Origin: Spirochaetota bacterium
GTDB taxonomy: Bacteria; Spirochaetota; Spirochaetia; Treponematales; Rectinemataceae
Assembly (NCBI GenBank): GCA_022704665.1
Contig: JAKJFY010000001.1
Span: 1,686-65,685 of the forward strand
Length of the DNA stretch: 64,000 nucleotides
Direction: 5' to 3'
Positions 58,135 through 64,000 of this stretch are shown here, one piece after another; positions within the stretch are counted from its first letter, which is position 1, and every line of letters starts with the position of its first letter. A program made the position numbers and the translations under genes. The notes below the pieces were generated by a model that made no database searches, had not been told where the DNA came from, and saw only the letters and a program-made list of their open reading frames with translations.

Positions 58135-58168
58135 AACCGCTCCTGTAGCACAGAGGGCGGTTTTTTTG
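58135..58168 (+). terminator. Intrinsic terminator after rpmA
   Basis: AACCGCTC-ctgtagcacag-AGGGCGGTT followed by a T-tract. Confidence 0.75.
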
Positions 58169-58197
58169 TTATGCTCATGATATATGGGAGAATTTTT

Positions 58198-59304
58198 GTG
58201 ATCAAATTCGCTGATGAAGCGATAATAAGCGTCGCAAGCGGTAAGGGGGGTGATGGTTGCGTTGCCTTTAGGCGAGAAAGGTTCATTCCCTTTGGTGGCC
58301 CTGCAGGCGGTGATGGGGGGCGCGGGGGAGATGTGGTGTTTGTTGTCAAGCGGAACCTTCGGACGCTTGCATATCTCCGATATCGTCAGGTTTTTAAAGC
58401 CGAAAACGGTCAGCCAGGCATGGGAAAGAACATGCATGGCAGAGATGGAAAGGATGTCATAATCGAAGTCCCACCAGGGACGATTGTTCGTGATGCTCAG
58501 ACTAATGAGATTATAAGGGATTTTGGCCATCGGGCTGGTGGCAAAAGAGCTGGACCGCTAGAGGATGAAAAGCCATGGGTTTTCTTAAAAGGCGGCAAGG
58601 GAGGGTGGGGAAATACTCATTTTAAGAGCTCAGTAAATCAGGCTCCCCGTTACGCTCAACCTGGTCAGGCAGGACAGGAGAGAAAGCTCAAAGTAGAACT
58701 CAGCCTGATTGCCGATATCGGTCTCGTTGGGTTTCCAAATGCCGGGAAATCGAGTCTGTTAGAGTATTTTACAAATGCACGTCCCAAAATCGCGCCATAT
58801 CCTTTCACCACAAAGATACCTAATCTAGGCGTTCTTACGGTGAATGAGAGGGATATTATTTTAGCTGATATTCCGGGCATAATAGAGGGAGCACATGAGG
58901 GGGCGGGATTGGGGATTCGTTTCCTAAAACATATTGCTAGGACAGCTTGTCTTGCTTTTTTGGTGGATCTTTCCGACGAGCATTGGCGAGCGGCCTTTCC
59001 AACTCTGTTGCGCGAATTGGGGCTATTTTCTCCAACCCTAGTTCAGAAGCCGCGTATCTTGCTAGGAACAAAGATGGATTTACCGGAATCCCAAGCGAAT
59101 TTTATGGATTTCAGAGCATCTTTCCCAGAAGAAAGTATCTATGGAATATCTGTTTTTACTGGGCAAGGTCTGGATGAGGTCAAACAGCAATTCTTTGAAA
59201 AGGTTATGGCCTATGAAGCTGCCGAGGCTTATGAAGCTCAAAAAGAAAATAGCCCAGAGCGCCTATTCGATGAAATAGATTTTTTGGATGAGGGCTTTAT
59301 TTGA
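58198..59304 (+). CDS. obgE: GTPase ObgE
   Basis: Gly-rich Obg domain, GFPNAGKS, YPFTT, DIPG. Confidence 0.97.
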   Translation: MIKFADEAIISVASGKGGDGCVAFRRERFIPFGGPAGGDGGRGGDVVFVVKRNLRTLAYLRYRQVFKAENGQPGMGKNMHGRDGKDVIIEVPPGTIVRDAQTNEIIRDFGHRAGGKRAGPLEDEKPWVFLKGGKGGWGNTHFKSSVNQAPRYAQPGQAGQERKLKVELSLIADIGLVGFPNAGKSSLLEYFTNARPKIAPYPFTTKIPNLGVLTVNERDIILADIPGIIEGAHEGAGLGIRFLKHIARTACLAFLVDLSDEHWRAAFPTLLRELGLFSPTLVQKPRILLGTKMDLPESQANFMDFRASFPEESIYGISVFTGQGLDEVKQQFFEKVMAYEAAEAYEAQKENSPERLFDEIDFLDEGFI

Positions 59305-59882
59305 TGAGAATTGCGATAATTGGAGGATCCTTCAATCCGCCCCATATAGGACACATGATTTTGATTGAAGAGATTCTTGCCACTGAACGTTATCAGAGAG
59401 TATTGCTTATTCCAGCTAAAGCTGCCCCACATAAAATTCCACAGATGGACCCGGGTCCGGAAATGCGACTTGCTCTTTTGGAAGCAAGCATTGAAGGATG
59501 GCCCAATGTGGCGATCGAAGATTGCGAATTGAGGCGAGCTGGTCTATCCTATACTTCAGATACCTTGGAAGAACTATGGGATAGAAAGCTGTTCGATGAA
59601 AGGCCTGGGCTTGTGATAGGCGATGATCTAGCTACTGATTTCTTGGCGACATGGAAACGAGCAGAGAAGATTCTGGAATTAGCGGATATTATCGTTGCCC
59701 ATCGTTTCAATGTTAATAATATCCCATTGCCTTATCCTCACGACTATATCGACAATCTTATTATTCCAATCTCTTCCACGCTTGTAAGAGGTAGGATTCA
59801 TGATGGTGGTGCATGGCGTTCGCTCGTTATGCCTTCTGTCCGCACAATCATAGAGAACTATGGACTATATCGAAATACCTGA
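59301..59882 (+). CDS. nadD: Nicotinate-nucleotide adenylyltransferase
   Basis: GGSFNPPHIGH, SYTSDT, ISSTLVR. Confidence 0.93.
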   Translation: MMRIAIIGGSFNPPHIGHMILIEEILATERYQRVLLIPAKAAPHKIPQMDPGPEMRLALLEASIEGWPNVAIEDCELRRAGLSYTSDTLEELWDRKLFDERPGLVIGDDLATDFLATWKRAEKILELADIIVAHRFNVNNIPLPYPHDYIDNLIIPISSTLVRGRIHDGGAWRSLVMPSVRTIIENYGLYRNT

Positions 59883-60474
59883 AATTGCCATGGTAATAGA
59901 AAAAGAGATTGCATGTACTTTGTCTCCAAAAAGATATGCTCACTCTCGATCAACTGCAGAGACGGCGGTAAAACTCGCCAAGCGTTTTGGTGAAGACCAA
60001 TGGGCTGCCCATCTAGCAGGATTGTCGCATGATATGTGCAGGGGATTGAGTTTTGAAGAGCAAGATAATCTGGTGAATCAACATAAAGCTTGCATCGCTT
60101 TTCTTAGTAAGCGCGCATCTCTGGCAGCAATCTTATCGGATAAGGAATATAGGGAAAAAATGATTCATGGCCCGGCTGCAGCTTGTTTGCTCTGTCATAG
60201 GTTTCAGGTCAGGCAAGAATCGATATTGGAAGCTGTGGCATTGCATAGCATTGCAGATGATGCAATGTCTCCTCTTGCTAAGATTGTATACATTGCAGAT
60301 AAGCTCGAACCGCTTCGCAATCGGGCGGCGGATGCTGATGAAAAAATGCAGACTCTAGACCTAGATTCGCTTTTTGCATATACACTTAGTTCAGTTGTAA
60401 AATGGTTCTCTGAATCTGGGAGACCACTTTGCCCATACACTGCTGAGATATATAGCAGGATGCCAAAATTATGA
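59860..60474 (+). CDS. yqeK: HD-domain Ap4A hydrolase YqeK-like
   Basis: KRYAHS, LSHDMC, HGPAAA, VYIADKLEP; follows nadD. Confidence 0.85.
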   Translation: MDYIEIPEIAMVIEKEIACTLSPKRYAHSRSTAETAVKLAKRFGEDQWAAHLAGLSHDMCRGLSFEEQDNLVNQHKACIAFLSKRASLAAILSDKEYREKMIHGPAAACLLCHRFQVRQESILEAVALHSIADDAMSPLAKIVYIADKLEPLRNRAADADEKMQTLDLDSLFAYTLSSVVKWFSESGRPLCPYTAEIYSRMPKL

Positions 60475-61661
60475 GCGACTCGAAATTAAAAATTCTAAAG
60501 CGAAGCACGCTGCCACTTCTAATGATTCTGATCGTTGTAGCAATAGGGCTTTTCTTTGTTATCAAGCTTACCCAGAAGGGAACTGTCGAGAGCATTATCA
60601 AGAAAGATCAGCCTATGGCTATACTCTTTATTTTTGAGAGTGATAAAAAACCTGTTTCTAATCAACTTTTAATCTGGTATCCTTCGAGGCGCAAGGCTGC
60701 CATTATGGATATTCCAAGCACTATGGGCATCATCCTAAAAAGTGCAAATAAAATGAGCAGCATCGACACTGTCTATGACTCTCGAAATCCCAGTAAATTC
60801 GTCAAAGAAATAAGTGATTATCTTAAGTACCCAATTGATGGCTGGTTTATATACGATGAGGCGAGCCTTTGCCAGACAATAGATCTACTGGAAGGAATTC
60901 AGATGTTTATCCCCGAGACGGTGATAGAGAGTGAATCATTGAAAGGGGTGTCTCTTCCTGGAGGCGCTGTAGTGCTAGATGGGGACAAGTCAAACCAATA
61001 CCTTCTTTATGCCTTAGCTACAGACTCCTATTCCGAGGAGATAAGCCGTAAACAAAGGTTGCTTATTAACATGCTGGGGAAACTGGCAGATGAGTCGACA
61101 ACCTTAAATAAGAATAATAATCTTCGTTTGATCGCCTCAAAACCAAAAAGCAATTTCAGCCTTGCAACTCGTGTGAGTATTTTTAAGCACTTAGCCCAGA
61201 TTGATTATGATATGATAATCACACAATTCATTTCTGGATCTTTTAGAAGCTTCGAAGGGCGTCGCCTTCTCTTTCCATATTATGATGGGGAGCTTGCTCG
61301 GGATGTGGTGAGTCAGACGGCAAAGGCGCTTGGCGTTGAAGAAAATGGAGCTTCTCAGAAGACAGTTGTCACTATAGACATACTGAATGGCTGTGGAGAA
61401 AAAGGGCTTGCAAATACAGCCTCGATTCTCTTTGAGAGCTATGGTTACAAAGTCGTATCGGTAGGTAATGCACCGAGTTTTGATTATGCAAAGACCATTA
61501 TGTACGACAATGATGGGGATAAGGCAGCGCTTCAGCAGGTTGCAAATATTATAAACTGTAGGAATTTTGGTGATGCTTCAGTTATGCCGGGGCTTCAAAA
61601 GGCAAATATCACTATAATATTGGGAAAAGATTTCAATGGGAGGTATTGTATTGGACAGTAA
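60471..61661 (+). CDS. LCP-family protein with LytR C-terminal domain
   Basis: N-terminal TM, IDLLEGI, LDGDK, C-terminal ILNGCGEKGLA...ITIILGKDF. Confidence 0.85.
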   Translation: MSDSKLKILKRSTLPLLMILIVVAIGLFFVIKLTQKGTVESIIKKDQPMAILFIFESDKKPVSNQLLIWYPSRRKAAIMDIPSTMGIILKSANKMSSIDTVYDSRNPSKFVKEISDYLKYPIDGWFIYDEASLCQTIDLLEGIQMFIPETVIESESLKGVSLPGGAVVLDGDKSNQYLLYALATDSYSEEISRKQRLLINMLGKLADESTTLNKNNNLRLIASKPKSNFSLATRVSIFKHLAQIDYDMIITQFISGSFRSFEGRRLLFPYYDGELARDVVSQTAKALGVEENGASQKTVVTIDILNGCGEKGLANTASILFESYGYKVVSVGNAPSFDYAKTIMYDNDGDKAALQQVANIINCRNFGDASVMPGLQKANITIILGKDFNGRYCIGQ

Positions 61662-62013
61662 GGCGTTTGCATATCAAAGTGCTGAGATTCTAGCGCAGCA
61701 TAAAGCGCTCAATGTTCTCGTCATGGATGTTCATGAGATAGCTGGGTGGGCTGATTATTTTGTGCTGGCGACAAGCACAAGTTCTACTCATATGCGGGGG
61801 CTTCAAAAGCATATTGAGGAATTTCTGGATTCCGAAAAAATAGACCTTCTCAATAGGCCTGAAGTTACCGACGATCAGTGCTGGCTGCTAATGGATGCCC
61901 AGGATGTGATTATTCATATAATGAGCGCTGAAGCCAGGGAGTTCTATGATCTAGAATCGCTTTGGTTCAATGCACCTCGCTTTGCAGTCACTTTCCGTGG
62001 AAATGGAATCTAA
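61636..62013 (+). CDS. rsfS: Ribosome silencing factor
   Basis: DYFVLAT..S, WLLMDAQDVIIHIM, REFYDLESLW. Confidence 0.95.
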   Translation: MGGIVLDSKAFAYQSAEILAQHKALNVLVMDVHEIAGWADYFVLATSTSSTHMRGLQKHIEEFLDSEKIDLLNRPEVTDDQCWLLMDAQDVIIHIMSAEAREFYDLESLWFNAPRFAVTFRGNGI

Positions 62014-62054
62014 TTCTGGAATGGTCTCAATAATCTTTAGGTATGGGCAAGCTA

Positions 62055-62088
62055 TTGAAAAGGCGCGGTTTTAGCCGCGCCTTTCAAT
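62055..62088. terminator. Bidirectional terminator hairpin
   Basis: TTGAAAAGGCGCGG-tttta-GCCGCGCCTTTCAA between convergent genes. Confidence 0.8.
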
Positions 62089-62104
62089 CTATAAGGCCGT
62101 CCTC

Positions 62105-62446
62105 TTATTCATCCGTGTCATCGTCATAATCAAAATCTTCATCTTCGAAATCCTCGTCCTCGAATTCCTCATCCTCATCTATGTCCTCATCTTCGTCGAA
62201 ATCCTCATCGATATCTTCCTCGTCCTCGAATTCATCATCCTCTTCGAAGTCATCTTCATCTTCTAGATCTTCTTCATCTTCAATCTCGTCATCATCGCTA
62301 TCATAGTCGAATTCATCGTCGTAGGCGCCATCGAATCGCACAGTAGGTCGAAGCGAATATATGGCATCGGCAGAATTGCCGTTGGTAAGTGTGATCAATT
62401 CGAATTCTTCCTGCGTATCGGCGGTCATTGTAATTTTATGGTTCAT
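62105..62446 (-). CDS. Highly acidic low-complexity protein (113 aa)
   Basis: GGAGGAG RBS before ATG 62446; C-terminal ~70 aa almost all D/E with periodic F/I/L/Y. Confidence 0.75.
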   Translation of the reverse strand: MNHKITMTADTQEEFELITLTNGNSADAIYSLRPTVRFDGAYDDEFDYDSDDDEIEDEEDLEDEDDFEEDDEFEDEEDIDEDFDEDEDIDEDEEFEDEDFEDEDFDYDDDTDE

Positions 62447-62639
62447 AGTGCGCTCCTCCCATAAATATTCTCTTTGCATTGAAGCAGATGTACTATTACG
62501 AGAAACAGCCAGCGCGTCAATACAGAGGCATGGCAAAATTTATAGGTCAAATGGAAATATGTCAAGGAAAAATTGCAAAAAACATTGCTTTTTGGAGAGC
62601 TTTTAACCAAAAAAGTTATCATATATAATAGTTTAGAAA

Positions 62640-63671
62640 ATGTCTTCACTTGAAATTAAAGCCTTTGCAAAACTCAATATTGGACTCAAGGTTTTTCAGA
62701 GCAGAATATCAGGATACCATGACATAGAAGGCATATTTCAGAATGTCAGTCTAGCCGATACCATTTGGATATCCACCCACAATGAGAATAATGAAGAGAA
62801 AGTGACCATAGAAGGCAACTTTGGATGCCCTATAAACTTATCAAGTGTATATAGAGCGGCGATCGAATTCGATAGAGCTTCCGATGGAATAATAAGCCAG
62901 AATGGTGTATATATCCAGGTTAAAAAAGAAATTCCTGTACAAGCAGGCTTGGGCTCAGCCAGCACTGATGCTGCAGCCATACTCTGCGGCTTAAATGAGC
63001 TTTTTGGCATGCGGCTCTCAAAAAAAGAACTCACTAGCATTTCAATAAGGATAGGTAGCGATGTTCCTTTCTTTTTGTATGGTGGAGCAGCTATCGTTAG
63101 GGGACGAGGCGAGTGTATAAGTCAAATAGAGCCCAGAACCGATTTTGGAATAGTCATTCTACTGCCTTCATGGGCTTCTTCTACTCAAGATGCTTATAAG
63201 CTTTTGGATGCTTTGCGCTGCAATGATCTTTCTTGGATTTCTTGCGCAAGGGAAATTCGCGAGGGCGAATCAGTCCATTGCGTTTGCTCTTCGGATGAGG
63301 AGTTTAAACAATGGTATCATGGTCCTATTGTCAATTGGCATCTAGAGAATGATTTTCAGCCAGTAATGGAAAGACAGCATAGAGAATATGAAGAATGGTC
63401 ACAGTTTCTTATGAAAAAAGGCGCAATCTGTACAAGCCTTACTGGTTCTGGATCGGCAATGTATGGAGTATTCGAGTCTATGAAAGAAGCCGATGCAGCT
63501 GCTGAAGAATGTAGGACTTTGCTCAAAGGAGCAGAAAAATCAGGATTGTGCGCTATTGCTAGTATTTTTTCAGTAGCACCGCTTGCGCGAAGCATGATTG
63601 TAAGTTATATTCAAGCTTGCAACGTAGATACAAGGTCAGACAAGGAGCGTTCCTGCCATGGAAGTGACTGA
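62640..63671 (+). CDS. ispE: 4-diphosphocytidyl-2-C-methyl-D-erythritol kinase
   Basis: [36 protein letters not shown]. Confidence 0.93.
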   Translation: MSSLEIKAFAKLNIGLKVFQSRISGYHDIEGIFQNVSLADTIWISTHNENNEEKVTIEGNFGCPINLSSVYRAAIEFDRASDGIISQNGVYIQVKKEIPVQAGLGSASTDAAAILCGLNELFGMRLSKKELTSISIRIGSDVPFFLYGGAAIVRGRGECISQIEPRTDFGIVILLPSWASSTQDAYKLLDALRCNDLSWISCAREIREGESVHCVCSSDEEFKQWYHGPIVNWHLENDFQPVMERQHREYEEWSQFLMKKGAICTSLTGSGSAMYGVFESMKEADAAAEECRTLLKGAEKSGLCAIASIFSVAPLARSMIVSYIQACNVDTRSDKERSCHGSD

Positions 63672-63942
63672 CATCCGTATCCGGAAGGTAAGTGCTGAAG
63701 GAAAACTCAAAGCCTATGTAACAGTGACCTTCGATGAATGCTTTGTTGTTCACAATGTAAAAATAATCGAAGGTAAAAGCGGCATGTTCATTGCTATGCC
63801 TAGTAGGCGGACAAAAACAGGAGAATACAAGGATATAGCACATCCTATTTGTCCTGATTTCCGATCGAAATTACAGGAAAAAATTCTCGCTGCATATAAT
63901 TCTAATGCGCCAAGCGATACTTCAGTGCCTGAATTTGACTGA
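63658..63942 (+). CDS. spoVG: SpoVG nucleic-acid-binding regulator
   Basis: [32 protein letters not shown]. Confidence 0.96.
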   Translation: MEVTDIRIRKVSAEGKLKAYVTVTFDECFVVHNVKIIEGKSGMFIAMPSRRTKTGEYKDIAHPICPDFRSKLQEKILAAYNSNAPSDTSVPEFD

Positions 63943-64000
63943 CACCTTCACATTTTTTCAATTTCCTCGTATATTGCAATGAATTCTTTTTATTGGGACG

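Overview
A mostly housekeeping stretch of a free-living spirochaete-like chromosome; the taxon is inferred from the E-C-A-B-D-I-K V-ATPase operon, spoVG, a LoaP-type NusG paralog and an EF-G paralog. Genes include nadK, recN, apt, gpmI, lon, glk, pgm, nrdR, mgtA, icd, ispG, mfd, ligA, argS, rplU-rpmA-obgE-nadD-yqeK-LCP-rsfS, ispE and spoVG, plus four tRNAs. The standout is an AT-rich island of about 4.2 kb (about 30060-34300) between tRNA-Arg and icd. It is the end of a prophage (tail-gene fragment, candidate Cys-His-Asp endolysin, holin, two fully overlapping spanin-like genes) followed directly by an integron cassette array with two clear attC sites, three cassettes and a leading GTTRRRY recombination point, but no intI. 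The spanin-like frames are swapped by one missing GA unit in a (GA)4 tract. Other notable items: a structured mgtA leader with a Pro-containing leader peptide, a PTS EIIA-like gene coupled to mgtA, a degenerate xanthine-dehydrogenase-like trio behind loaP, and a CoA-persulfide reductase fusion with a possible SqrR/BigR-like regulator. All calls come from reading the sequence; no database searches were run.
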